Below, piece by piece: positions 1 to 12,050 of a stretch of DNA of 64,000 nt. The position numbers and the translations under genes were made by a program. Position 1 is the stretch's first letter. Every line of letters begins with the position of its first letter. Source of the DNA: Octopus sinensis (taxonomy: Eukaryota); contig NW_021832845.1 of the NCBI RefSeq assembly GCF_006345805.1, positions 1 to 64,000 of the forward strand, read 5' to 3'. A model generated the notes under the pieces. The model saw only the letters and a program-made list of their open reading frames with translations, made no database searches and was not told the DNA's origin.

Positions 1-33
1 TGGTCCGGGCTTAGTGGAAGATTTGGATGTTTA

Positions 34-418
34 CGGTTTGAACGGCAGTTTTTTAATATAATTTCCACATAACTAAACACTTTTAAACTTCGTATACTGG
101 TAGAATGTGTTTATAAAACATCTTTTTCTCTTGGCTTTATTGAGAAAATTCTATAGTTTCTAAGATATTTGTTGTGTTTTTTTCCTTCAATTTCTGCAAT
201 TTCAACCAATCACTGACGTCTATTGAGGTAAAAAAAAACATTCTGTGCCGTATGAATATGTCCCTCGTTTAAGAAACAGATTGGGTTTATTTACATTTCT
301 GAAGAAAAAAAGATACCCTTCCCCCTGACCCTAAAACAGATTGAAATGCAATACTAGGGTCATAATTATGGGTGACAATTTCATATGACACTGCTAGAAA
401 AAACTGCCATTCAAACCG
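34..418. mobile_element. MITE with 21-bp terminal inverted repeats
   Basis: CGGTTTGAACGGCAGTTTTTT at 34-54 and AAAAAACTGCCATTCAAACCG at 398-418 (reverse complement, 1 mismatch); AT-rich non-coding interior. Confidence 0.7.
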
Positions 419-576
419 AAAAGATCTGAAGATTTTTCCCCAAGGTTCCCTGCAGAGGGATTAACCTGTAATGGTGTTTAGGAAGCAAGCGTCTTAACTA
501 CACATACGACAGTACTGGAATTTAGTTCTTCCAACATGGAATTGTAAACATGTCTGGTGGAAATTGACTTTAAGCA

Positions 577-960
577 TCTCTCTCTATATAAACGGCAGTT
601 TGTCTGTGTGTGTTTCTGTGTGTCTGTTTGGTTGTACCCTCACCCTGACCACGGCTTTCAACCGATTCTGATGAAACTTGACACACACATAGCCCAATGT
701 CATAATTCAAAACTAACGCAGCGAAAATTTTGAAAAGTTCCCCCAGTTCTGAAAAAGATCGATAAATTCGACATGGGGTCGACAATCAGAAACACAAACC
801 ACAGATGGTCTAGGGACGCAACTCGACCTTTTTAACTATCAAAAAAAATTTACCATCATTTTTTTCCCCATTTTTTTGCTATTTTTTGGCTATAACTCTC
901 TAAAAATGCTTTATAGTTATTTCCCTTACAAACCCGAGCAACGCCGGGCGATACTGCTAG
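577..960 (+). mobile_element. Non-autonomous Helitron-like element
   Basis: Starts TC after A(576), ends CTAG before T(961); subterminal hairpin CCCGAGCAACGCCGGG; no TSD; near-identical copy at 48893-49272. Confidence 0.8.
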
Positions 961-1020
961 TCCCATATAATCTTTCATAACTTATTTTATTTCTTAGAAT
1001 TTTCAGAAAATTTTTACGCA

Positions 1021-1645
1021 TAGGCTTATGAGTGGCTGTGTGGTAAGTAGCTTGCTTACCCACCACATGGTTCTGGGTTCAGTCCCACTGTGTGGCACCT
1101 TGGGCAAGTGTCTTCTACTATAGCCTCGGGCCGACCAAAGCCTTGTGAGTGGATTTAATCCTTTAGTGTTCGCATTATTCTGCCAAAATTAATGCATTTT
1201 TATCCACATTGTTTTGAACTAATCATGCATTATCTTGTAGCGATGAGATTTTGATGAGGTACTCTCTTTACTCTTTTACTTGTTTCAGTCATGTGACTGT
1301 GGCCATGCTGGAGCACTGCCTTTAGTCGAGCAAATCGATCCCAGGACTTATTCTTTGTAAGCCTAGTATTTACAAAGCCTTGTGAGTGGATTTGGTAGAC
1401 GAAAACTGAAAGAAGCTCGTCGTATATATGTATATGTTTGTGTGTCTGTGTTTGTCTCCCTAGCATTGCTTGACAACCGATGCTGGTGTGTTGATGTCCC
1501 CGTTACTTAGCGGTTCGGCAAAAGAGACTGATAGAATAAGTACTGGGCTTACAAAGAATAAGTCCTGGGGTCAATTTGCTCAACTAAAGGCGGTGCTCCA
1601 GCATGGCCCCAGTCAAATGACTGAAACAAGTAAAAGAGTAAAGAG
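1021..1645. mobile_element. Cluster of tRNA-headed SINE fragments: head + at ~1021-1155, tail - at ~1262-1372, body/tail + at ~1373-1645
   Basis: Matches the family repeated throughout the window (GGCTGTGTGGTAAG...GTTCAGTCCCACTG...CCTTGGGCAAG...GACTGAAACAAGTAAAAGAG). Confidence 0.8.
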
Positions 1646-1979
1646 TATTTGTCTTCTTCACACAATAATTCATGCAAAAGAAACGAAAAAAGTTTCATTT
1701 TTTAAAACTTTTGGATCTGTTCAATCTCAAGCACAGATTTTTTAATTAATTTTTTAAAACTAAACACTTTGAAACTTCGGATACTGGTTGAATGTGTCAT
1801 GGAGAACACTGTTTACTCTTAGCATTTTTGACAAAATTTTGTATTTTAGAAGTTATTTCGTGTTGAAGTTGTCATATTTGGGTAATTTTAACCAATCAAT
1901 GACATGTATTCAGCTGAAGAAAGTTAAATCTCTCACCATTGCTTTTCTTTCTCTCTCTCTCTCTCTCTCTCTCCCCTAG

Positions 1980-2157
1980 AATCCTGCGAGTGGACAAAGT
2001 ATTAGAACTTCACCGCCAACGAATGTACTACGAGAAACCATTTCAAAAGAGGCGCCGACTTAGCTATGAGAGGTGTAAGAGGATCTACGACAACAGTATG
2101 AACCAGAAAATTGAGTTTCTAATGAGAAAGAACCGACCTGACCCTTGGCTTCGATAA
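1980..2157 (+). CDS. MRPS21: Mitochondrial ribosomal protein S21, terminal coding exon
   Basis: (CT)n tract and TAG acceptor at 1977-1979, then (R)ILRVDKVLELHRQRMYYEKPFQKRRRLSYERCKRIYDNSMNQKIEFLMRKNRPDPWLR*. This closely resembles the metazoan MRPS21 C-terminus (YYEKP...SYERC.RIY...KI.FLMRKNR.DPW). The upstream exon is not in the window. Confidence 0.92.
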
Positions 2158-2224
2158 ACAAGAATATGCTTCTGTGTGAGCCTGAGGGCCCTGCCCCCAC
2201 AGGCAGAGAAGCTGGACTTTTGTG

Positions 2225-2545
2225 TGTCTATGTGTTTGTTGTTTTTTAGCCCCGAGTCAGCCCTGGACTCAGCAGAACTTACAATCAAGATTGGTCCAGG
2301 AGGTTCCATCAATGACCATCCCATCTATTTGTGTTTGTTGATACAGTTGTTGTTTTTGTTTCTTTTTAGCCCCAGGTCAGCCCTAAACCCAACAGAACTT
2401 ATGATCAGAAGTGGTCCAGGAGGTTCCATCGATGACCATCCTGTCTATGACTGTATAGATGATTGTGTTGTTGTTTAGCCCTAGGCCAGCCTTGATCAAA
2501 CAAGAAGGCAATTCAGGGGCTTCCAACCACGACCATCCCATTTCT
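2225..2545. repeat. Three degenerate ~120-bp tandem copies of a dispersed-repeat fragment in the probable MRPS21 3' UTR
   Basis: TTTAGCCCC..GTCAGCCCT...GGTCCAGGAGGTTCCATC.ATGACCATCC recurs at ~2245, ~2365 and ~2475. Confidence 0.65.
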
Positions 2546-2678
2546 CCTTGAATTTTTATACCAGTAACTATACAGTTCAATACTGACTTGAAATAGAAGG
2601 ATGTAATTTGAAGGACATCTGGCTGCTATTTCTAGCAAGTTGAGTCATTTCCCTTATTGTCTCTACCATATCAGCTGG

Positions 2679-2717
<39 letters not shown>

Positions 2718-2908
2718 TAGTTTCAAGTCATTTCAAACAAAAACAACAAAAAGAACAAATAAAGAAATTACAAACAAAAGAGGTAACTTGGTGTTTTTTA
2801 ATTAATGAGCCCCTTGGGGGCAGAGTGGCAGAGTTCCTTTCGAGGGTTAGGCTTCACAGGGGCAATGGCCAAGACCTTTGGCATTACGTCATGCTTGAGA
2901 AGAAGACC

Positions 2909-3391
2909 CATCATCATCATCGTTTAACGTCCGTTCTCCATGCTAGCATGGGTTGGACGGTTTGACCGGGGATCTGGGAAGCCAGGAGGCTGCACCAGGC
3001 TCCAGTCTGATCTGGCAGTGTTTCTACAGCTGGATGCCTTTCCTAACACCAACCACTCCATGAGTGTAGTGGGTGCTTTTAAAGTGCCACCGGCACAGGT
3101 GCCAGGGGAGGCTGGCATCGGCCACGATTCAGATGGTGCATTTTACGTGCCACCGGCACGGAAGCCGACCAATATCGCAATCGCAACAGATACCAGTGCC
3201 ATGCAAATGGCCCCAGGCAGGTGGCACGTAAAAGCACCCTTGGAGTGGTTGGCATTTGGAAGGGCATCCAGCCATAGAAAACCATGCCAGATCAGACTGG
3301 ATCCTGGCTCAGCCTTCCAGCATGCCAATCCAGTCAAACTGTCCAACCCATGCCAGCATGGACAATGGATGTTAAATGATGATGATGATGA
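2909..3391. mobile_element. Two RTE 3' tails in inverted arrangement
   Basis: (CAT)n-CGTTTAACGTCCG at the left end and GGATGTTAAAT-(GAT)n at the right end; each arm matches the 3' UTR of the RTE at 38027-38711. Confidence 0.75.
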
Positions 3392-3518
3392 GCATGGCTG
3401 TGTGAGATGATTGCTTCCAAACCACATGGTTCCAAGTTCAATCCCACTACATGGCAACATGGGCAAGTGTCTTCTTTAGCCTCTGGTCAACCAAAGACTT
3501 GTGAGTGGATTTGGTGAA

Positions 3519-3830
3519 GCATCATCATCATCATCATTTAACGTCCATGCTAGCATGGGTTGGACGGTTCAACCGGGGTCTGGGAAGCCAGGAGGCTGCA
3601 CCAGGCTCCAGTCTGATCTGGCAGTGTTTCTACAGTTGGATGCCCTTCCTAACGCCAACCACTCCAAGAGTGTAGTGGGTGCTTTTTATGTGCCACCAGC
3701 ACAGGTGCCAAGTGAGGCTGGCAACGGCCACGATTGGTTGGCACTTTTTACATGCCACCGGCACAGAAGCCAGTCAAGGCGGCACTGGCATCAGCCACGT
3801 TCGGATGGATCTTTTTACGTGGCACTGGTA
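3519..3830 (-). mobile_element. RTE 3' tail
   Basis: (CAT)n tail plus the conserved RTE 3' UTR sequence. Confidence 0.75.
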
Positions 3831-3884
3831 TCACAACTACAATTTCTATTGATTTTTGAGCGATTTTGAATGTAAATTGAAAAT

Positions 3885-4075
3885 GAAAGCATGTAGCTTA
3901 GTGGTTAGGGTATTTTGCTTATAGCCATAAGGTCACAAGTTCAATATCTGGCAACCCATCATCCTTGAGCAAGTCACTTTATTTTATATTGCTCCAGTCC
4001 ACTCAGCTTGTAAAAGTGAAGTGTACCTGTGGTTCAAAGGGCCAGCTTAGTCACATTGTGTCATGCTGAAATTTT
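3885..4075 (+). mobile_element. Degenerate tRNA-headed SINE with CORE-like box
   Basis: A-box-like TAGCTTAGTGGTTAG and CCTTGAGCAAGTCACTT; related to 11820-12050. Confidence 0.55.
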
Positions 4076-4379
4076 TTGAAAATTTTGAAACCATATTACA
4101 AATAGACACAGGCATGGCTGTGTGGTAAGAAGCTTGTTTCCAGTATAGCGTTTGCTGGTTGAGCTGTTGGTTTTGTTTGGAACACACATGTTTTTTGGTT
4201 GTCTTGGCGGTGTGATGTTTTCCCTCTTGTTTAATGTTGTGCCGTCTGAGGAAGAAGTGGTGGCGTATTTGAGGAGAACTGACGAGGGAAGGGAGTGAGG
4301 ATGTGGGCAAGTTCAGGGAAGGGAAATGAAGTGAGGGTGTGTGTCCCCAAGAGGTATTAAAGGAGGGGAATGGGAGAAC

Positions 4380-5379
4380 CATAATTTGCAGAACATGCTT
4401 GGTAGCAGCCAGGAAGATTGTAGTCATGTCAACGGCTGAAGTGGAAAAAGCACTTAAACCAATCTAGCTGTAGAAACACAATGGTAGAAAATTTGGAATG
4501 GTGGAGGTGGGGTTTCGGGAGGTAGCTGCAGACAGCAACACTATTGAGAACTGATGAAGTGGTGCTTCTATCAGTTTACCTTGGAAGGCATGCTTCCAGG
4601 ATTAGGGTAGAAAACATACCCCCAGAAGTGGACATAGCCTGGCTGGTAGCTGCCATACTGCTAGGCATGGAGGAGAAGGTGGTGTCCTCCAGGACACCAG
4701 AACACCCCATAGGAACTGGCAAGGACAAAGCCTCAATACGGTGCTACAAGTTTCCGTGGAAGATATCGAAAGTATAGTAGAGACAATTATGGTCAGAGAC
4801 ACAACACTGAAAATCAGAGTGGAAGAGAGGATTCCGTGTTGCTATAAATGTGGCCTAGAGGGTCACATTAGAGCGGATTGTCCTTCACCACCTGTGAAGG
4901 CTAAGGAGAGATATGAGAGTGAGAAAGTGGCTGGTGCTCCACTACCCATGGAGGTTGAGGAAAAGGAGAGTGAAGCGGTAACACAGATAAAGACCAGTAC
5001 CAGCATTGAAGAAGAGGAGGTGGACAATGAAAAGGAAACAGCTAGGGAAAAGAGAAGAAAGAGAAAAACAAAAACACACGCTGTAAAGGACGATCCCCAT
5101 CCCACACCCACTCTACCCCAACCACTCCCTACACACACCTGCCCTCTCCATGTCCTACCTGACATAAGCACAAACACACTGGAGCCCCAAATTTCCCCAG
5201 CCTCACCCTTGAAAAAATATGTTATAATGTACAGTGGAGACAATGAAGAAGTGTATACCAAAATAGACTTGTGGGGCAGTGTTATAAAAGTGGAGGAATC
5301 AAGAGTGAAAGGGATGCCCCGAGTACCTTTGTTGAGTTGTGGCAGACCCAGAATATATATCAAGATTAAAGGGCTTTGA
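4380..5379 (+). mobile_element. LINE ORF1-like (gag-like) remnant, Tx1/L1/I type, frameshifted
   Basis: IRVENIPPEV-type RRM-like segment, CCHC knuckle CYKCGLEGHIRADC, charged low-complexity C-terminus; frameshift near 4745; no ORF2 follows. Confidence 0.65.
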
Positions 5380-5781
5380 AGAAAATCATAACTATGAGTG
5401 CTGGGTCAAGAAATTGGACTCCAGCTCAATGCCTAAGCAAGTAAGTGTTTATGATATTTTAAAGAAGCATAATGTAAACATCCTTCGGGGGAATGATAAT
5501 TAGCTGTCGTTAATAATTGTGTTATAAAATTAGTATTTAAAAAAAATACATTGTATTAACAGGTTCAATTAAGTCACTCGAAGGTGGGGCAAAACGGTTT
5601 CACTTCATCTCTCACGTTTAATTCATCCTTTCCATTCGTTTCTTCTTTTTTGTCCCCTCTATATATGGCTTTCATAGCCAATATCATGAAATAAAGGAGC
5701 TTGCTTCCAAACTACATAGTTCTAGGTTCAGTCCCACTGTGTGGCACTTTGGGCAAATGTCTTCTAATATAGCCTTGAGTC

Positions 5782-6018
5782 TGTTATAATCATCACAACA
5801 AACATGAACAATCAACGTCGCCCATTGTCTCCCTTGATAAAAGGACTTTCACTTTGTTTCCCGCCAAAACAATTAACTTGTACAACAACGGCAGTCGAAT
5901 AAAGTATCTTGTATCGTTAACACGTTGCTTTCAGTCTCTCTCATTTTCTTAATCTTTCATACTAAGTACTCACTACTTCCTTTAATACTCAATACATTAT
6001 ATATATATAACAACAACA
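5782..6018 (+). repeat. 5' LTR
   Basis: 237 bp; differs from the 3' LTR by 3 substitutions and one 2-bp indel (manual alignment). Confidence 0.95.
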
Positions 6019-6072
6019 TGGTGTCAGAATACTAAAAGAACCCAAAATACAGAAACCAAAGGAAAAAAGAAG

Positions 6073-9000
6073 TTGAAATCATACTTCAAAGACGAAATGG
6101 AAAATTTACCACATCCAAAAGACCTAGACTTTAATCAGGAAAATCTAGCCGCAGCATGGAAAAAGTGGAAAAAAGAATTCAATCTCTTTTTGATCGCAAC
6201 AGAAAGTGACATGAAGCCAGACAAAGTAAAAACTTCAATGTTTTTAACTTGCATCGGTTCTAAAGGCCGAGATATCCATTCCACACTGGATTTCGATTCA
6301 CCCGACGAAGAAATGAACCTTCAGACAGTAATCGAAAAATTCGATGCATATTGTGAACCCAGGAAAAACAACTTTCCTAAGACACAAATTCTTCACATGT
6401 GGACAAGCGGAACATCAAAAATTCGATGAGTACGTAGTAGAGTTGCGCCAAAAGGCACAACAGTGCGAATTCGGCAACCTCACAGACAGTCTCACCAAGA
6501 TATTCTGATATGTGGAATCAGAGACATGAGATTAAGAGAAAGATTATTGAGAGAACCAATTTAGACCTACAAAAACAATTCAAGCAGGTCAGAGTGCAGA
6601 GCAAACACGACTCCAATCAAGGATGCTAAATGCCACATCCGAAACAAAAGATAACGAAATCTCGAGGGTATATAGTCAACACGACAGAAAAGGCGCCAAA
6701 ACCCAAAAACCCGCCATATGCAATCCAGACATCAAAACGAACAAGGCGGAAGTGACAGAAAGCCCGCGAAGTTTCAAGCGCCAAGTCAACACTATGTCAC
6801 TAACTGTCACTATTGTGGTTATAATCACAAAAGAAATAAATGCCCAGCATTTCACAAGACATGTGAAAAATGCAAGAAACAAGGACACTATGCAAAAATG
6901 TGCAAATCAAGAAAATTTGTACATAAAGTAGAGATACATACCGACGATGAATCAGATAACGATACACATGCACTCGAAATGATCACTGCAAATAATTCCC
7001 GCGTGCACAAAATCGAAAAGTTCAAGACTCCAAAAGACATTTGGACGGTCGAACTAAAAGTGAACAACTCGAATGTAACATTCAAAATAGATACAGGAGC
7101 AGACGTAACCGTACTGCCATTCAGAGAATATAGAAATATAATTCCAAAACCACAACTGCAAAAAACTTCAACTCGATTATCAGCTTATAATAACACAGCT
7201 ATAAAAGTGCTAGGAAAATGCACAGCAGTCATTAAATACAAAGAATTATCAAAGCAAATAAAATTCATTGTTGCAAAAACAACTCGCACGCAGTTATAGA
7301 TGCAAAGACAGCTAAAGATCTGAACCTGATTCAGAGAATTTCAAAAATAAATTCGTCGAACACAAACGACATATTAGAAAAATATGAAGACTGTTTCGGA
7401 GAAATCGGCACTTTGTCAATAACACATCATATCACAGTGGATCCACAAATAACTCCTGTAATTCATCCACCAAGATCGGTTCCTTTTTCTATAAAAGAAA
7501 AACTCAACAAAAAATTAAAAAGAATGACAGAATTAGATATCATAAAACCTGTTAGTGAACCTACAGACTGGGTAAATTCCCTAGTCATCGTTGAAAAAGC
7601 CAACGGAAAACTCCGACTCTGTTTAGACCCCAAGAATCTAAACAAAGCCATAAAAAGGCAACATTTCAAACTCCCTACAGCGGAGGACATTTTTGCACAA
7701 ATGCATAACCCTAAATATTTTTCAAAACTCGATGCATCTAATGGATACTGGCAAATTCCAGTTGACGAAGAAAGCTCCCATCTTTTAACGTTCAACACAC
7801 CTTTTGGAAGGTATCGCTTCACACGACTACCCTTTGGAATTCACAGCGCCAGTGAAGTTTTCCAAAAAGAAATTTCAAAAATAATAGAGGGCATAGAAGG
7901 AGCAAGAAATTCACAGGATGACATCATAATCTGGTCCAACACTTTAGAAGAACACACAAAGACTACAACAAGTTTTCGATCGAATCCGAAAGCACGGATT
8001 AAAGTTAAATAAATCAAAGTGTATCTTCTATGAATCACAAATCAAGTACCTTGGGCATATGTTAACCAGCGAAGGGATAAAACAAGATCCAACCAAGGTA
8101 CAAGCAATCATTCACATGCCACTGCCAACAAGTAAAAAAGAATTACAAAGATTCCTAGGTATGACAAATTACCTATGTAAATTTTTATCTAATTACTCCG
8201 AAGTCACAGCACCATTGCGCCAGCTTCTACAGAGTGACACGTTATGGTCATTCGACAAACCACAAATCGAAGCAATAAAAAAGCTAAAAGAAATGATTAC
8301 CAGAAAACCAGTGCTACAATTTTATGATCCAGATCTACCAATAAAAATAACTACAGATGCTAGTAAGCATGGGCTCGGAGCGATACTTGAGCAGAAACAC
8401 AACGAAAGATGGCTACCTGTTTCGTTTGCATCTCGTGCAACAACTCAAGCGGAACAAAACTACTGTCCGATAGAGAGCGAAGCTCTCAGTATAGTTTTCG
8501 CATGCAAGAAATTTCATCAGTTTATATACGGAACTCATTTCAGAATCGAAAATGACCATAAACCGTTGAAGCAAATATTCAAAAAATCGATCACTAAATG
8601 CCCCCCCCAGAATCCAAAGATTTCTACTAACATTACAAAGATATGATTTTGACCTAAACCACATACCTGGTAAAGAATCAATTGTTGCAGATACCCTATC
8701 ACGTGCATACCTTGAGCAAAATACTCCAGAAGTATCAGACGAAGATATGAAATCACATTCATGCAGTAATAAAAAATTACCCCATAACCGACACGAAGTT
8801 AAAAGAGTATAAAGAAGCCACTGCAGACGACCCGTCTCTACAGACACTCGTCACATATACAAGAACAGAATGGCCCCCAAAAGACAAAATACCAATAAAC
8901 ATCAAACCATTCGTATCTGTTCGTGATGAAATATCAATCGTCAATGGTCTTGTTCTAAAGGTTCAAGAATAATTGTACCTAAGTCATTACGTAGAGAAGC

Positions 9001-9890
9001 TCTACAGGAATACATACCGGACACATGGGTATCGAAAAATGCATAGAGAGAGCCAAGGAATGTATATACTGGCCCGGCATTAACGCTCAAATCAAAGACA
9101 TGATTAACACATGCTCATACTGCATTGACTACAAAAATCAACAAGCAGCCGAACCACTAATAAATCATGAAATACCTACTACACCATGGACCAAAGTGGG
9201 TACAGACGTATTTCATCTGTCTGGAAATTCGTATGTCACAATTATTGACTATACAACAAGATTTTTTGATCTACATGAAATAAAAGATTGCCAGTCAAAA
9301 ACCGTAATCAAAAAATTAAAAGAAACTTTTGCTAAATTCGGAATTCCGCAAACAGTTGTAAGTGACAACGGTCCAGAATTCAATTTGGCTGAATTCAAAA
9401 AATTTGCAAAAAATTGGCATTTTCATCACACGAAGACAAGCCCGCATTATCATCAAGAATGGCATGGTTGAGAGAAATATACAGACAATAAAAAGACGCT
9501 AAAAAAGGCATTCAAAAGTGGCGAAGAACCTCAGTTAGCGCTCTTAGCATTACGCACGACTAAATTACAAAATGGTGCACCATCCCCTGCAAATCAAATA
9601 ATGAATAGAACATTGCGAACAAATCTCCCAAACATACTACACGACAAAATTGGTATCAGGCCTCACGAAAAGAAGAAATCAAACATTACAACAGAACTCC
9701 CAGAGTTAAAACCACACGACACGGTTAGAATTAAGTTTAACAACAATTGGTTTAGAAGGGGCAAAATAATTAAAAAACTAGAGCAACCTCGTTCATACTT
9801 AGTAATAACAGAGGAAGGAAATACAGTCAAACGAAATAGACAACATATTCTTAAAACAAACAAACACGTTCGCATAACAGAAGAATTAGA
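6073..9890 (+). pseudogene. gag-pol (gag, PR, RT, RNase H, INT) broken by multiple frameshifts/stops
   Basis: ORF pieces 6073-6429, 6718-7299, 7413-8012, 8059-8646, 9025-9471 and 9601-9890 carry successive domains; the C-terminal TTKSGRRIIIPCRYR* resumes after the nested RTE at ~11029-11136. Confidence 0.9.
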
Positions 9891-9891
9891 T

Positions 9892-11028
9892 TCATCATCA
9901 TCATCATCGTCGTTTAACGTCCGTTCTCCATGCTAGCATGGGTTGGACGGTTCGACCGGGGTTCTGGGAAGCCAGAAGGCTGCACCAGGCTCCAGTCTAA
10001 TTTGGCAATGTTTCTACAGCTGGATGCCCTTCCTAACGCCAACCACTCCGTGAGTGTAGTGGGTGCTTTTACGTGCCACCTGCACAGGTGCCAGGTGGGG
10101 CTGGCAACAGCCACGGTCAGATTGGTGTATTTTATGTGCCACCGGCACGGAAGCCAGACGGGCGGTGCTGGCATCGGCCACGAGTTGGATAGTGCTTTTT
10201 ACGTACCACCAGACCAGGGATCTGGCTGGTTCAATTCGATTTCGATTTCGCTTGCCCCAACATGTCTTCACAAGCAAAGGGGGTTGGCAAGGGTGCCTGT
10301 CGTACGGTCGCATTGGAGTATTTTACGTGCCACGGCCACGAGTCGGATAGTGCTTTTTACGTACCCCCAGACCAGGGATCCTGGCTGGTTCAATTCGATT
10401 TCGATTTCGATTTCGCTTGCCCCAACATGTCTTCACAAGCAAAGGAGGTTGGCATGGGTGCCTGTCGTACGGTCGCATTGGAGTATTTACGTGCCACGGC
10501 CATGAGTCGGATAGTGCTTTTTACGTACCACCAGGCCAGGGATCCTGGCTGGTTCAATTCGGTTTCGATTTCGATTTCGCTTGCCCCAACATGTCTTCGC
10601 AAGCATGGGGGGTTGGCATGGGTGTCTGTCGTCGGATGAGGTTCTATATCGACTTCACTTGCCTCAGCCGGTCTTTGTGTCCAAGGGAGGAAAGGCATTC
10701 ATAAGTGGGCTGGGCTCACTTGTCCTGCCTGGTCTTCTCACGTACAGAATATTTCCAAAGGTCTCGGTCTCTGGTCATTTCCTCAGTGAGGCCTAAAGTT
10801 CGAAGGTCGTGCTTCACCACCTCGTCCCAGGTTTTCCTGGGTCTACCTCTCCCACGGGTTCCCTCAACTGCTAGGGATTGGCACTTTCTCACACACCTAT
10901 CTTCATCCATTCTCGCCACATGGCCATACCAGCGCAATCGTCTCTCTTGCACACCACAACTGATGCTTCTTAGGTACAACATTTCTCTCAAGGTGCTAAC
11001 GCTCTGTCGAGTATGTACACTGACATTA
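9892..11028 (-). mobile_element. 5'-truncated RTE LINE nested in the Gypsy integrase 3' region
   Basis: RT C-terminus (NVSVHTRQSVSTLRE...RRLRWYGHVARMDEDR...RGRGRPRKTW) at ~10716-11028, repeat-containing 3' UTR, (ATG)n tail at ~9892-9910. Confidence 0.9.
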
Positions 11029-11164
11029 AACACGCATGAAAAAACAAAAACAGCACAACTACAGAATTCAACTCTACAAAATAATAAAACCACAAAAAGT
11101 GGACGACGAATAATTATTCCCTGTAGATACAGATGATATAAAAAAAAAGAAAAAAAAAGGAAGA

Positions 11165-11403
11165 TGTTATGTAATCATCACAACAAACATGAACAATCAA
11201 CGTCGCCCATTGTCTCCCTTGATAAAAGGACTTTCACTTTGTTTCCCGCCAAAACAATTAACTTGTACAACAACGTCAGTCGAATAAAGTATCTCGTATC
11301 GTTAACACGTTGTTTTCAGTCTCTCTCATTTTCTTAATCTTTCATACTAAGTACTCACTACTTCCTTTAATACTCAATACATTATATATATATAACAACA
11401 ACA
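11165..11403 (+). repeat. 3' LTR
   Basis: 239 bp, TG...CA, followed by TSD GAGTC. Confidence 0.95.
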
Positions 11404-11680
11404 GAGTCAACCAAAATTTTGCTAGTGGATTTGGTAAATGGAAACTGAATGAAGACCATCTTATAAATATATATGTGTCTGTATCCCACCATCACCCTTT
11501 ACAATTGCTTTTGGTGTGTATACATCCCTGTTACTTAGTGGTTCAGCAACAGAGACTGATAGAATAAGTACCAGGCTCAAAGAATAAAACAAGTACTAGG
11601 ATCCATCCATTTGACTAAAAGTTCTTCAAAGCAGTGCTCTAGCATGGTCATAGCCTAATGAATGGAACAAGTAAAAGATA
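11404..11680 (+). mobile_element. 3' part of the SINE whose 5' part lies at ~5690-5781 (split by the Gypsy)
   Basis: Joining CTTCTAATATAGCCTTGAGTC to AACCAAAATTTTGCTAGTGGATTTGGTA restores the family consensus TATAGCCTCGGGCCGACCAAAGCCTTGTGAGTGGATTTGGTA. Confidence 0.85.
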
Positions 11681-11819
11681 ATGTTTGAAGGAAACGGTCC
11701 CCTGATTCCTTGCCATTTTCCTTCTCCATGATGTAAAGATAGCTATTCTGAAAGTCTGTAATAATTTATTGGTGCATTAATTGTAATAATAATTTATTGT
11801 AATGTAATAATTTATTGTG

Positions 11820-12050
11820 GAGGCACGTGGCTCAGTGGTTAGGATGTCAGCACCATGATCATAAGATTGTAATTTTGATTCCTGGACCGGGCGACGCATT
11901 TTGTCCTTGAGCAAAACACTTCATTTCACATTGCTCCAGTCCACTCAGCTGGCAAAAATGAGTAACACTGCGATGGACTGGCGTCCTGTCCAGCTGGGGA
12001 ACACATATGCCATAGAAACCGAGAAACTGAGAAAACTAGGCTTTAAAAGG
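11820..12050 (+). mobile_element. tRNA-headed SINE with CORE-like box
   Basis: GTGGCTCAGTGGTTAG A-box, GATTCC B-box-like, CCTTGAGCAAAACACTT...TTGCTCCAGTCCACTCAGCTG. Confidence 0.65.

Larger units (their letters stand above)
5782..11403 (+). mobile_element. Full-length Ty3/Gypsy LTR retrotransposon (Mag-like), coding region disrupted
   Basis: TG...CA LTRs at 5782-6018 and 11165-11403; 5-bp TSD GAGTC (5777-5781, 11404-11408); PBS TGGTGTCAGAA at 6019; PPT ~11140-11164. Gag has a double Zn knuckle (CHYCGYNHKRNKC...CEKCKKQGHYAKMC). Protease DTGA, RT LDASNGYWQI/QDD, RNase H TDAS, integrase HHCC and DNG, in Gypsy order. Confidence 0.97.
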
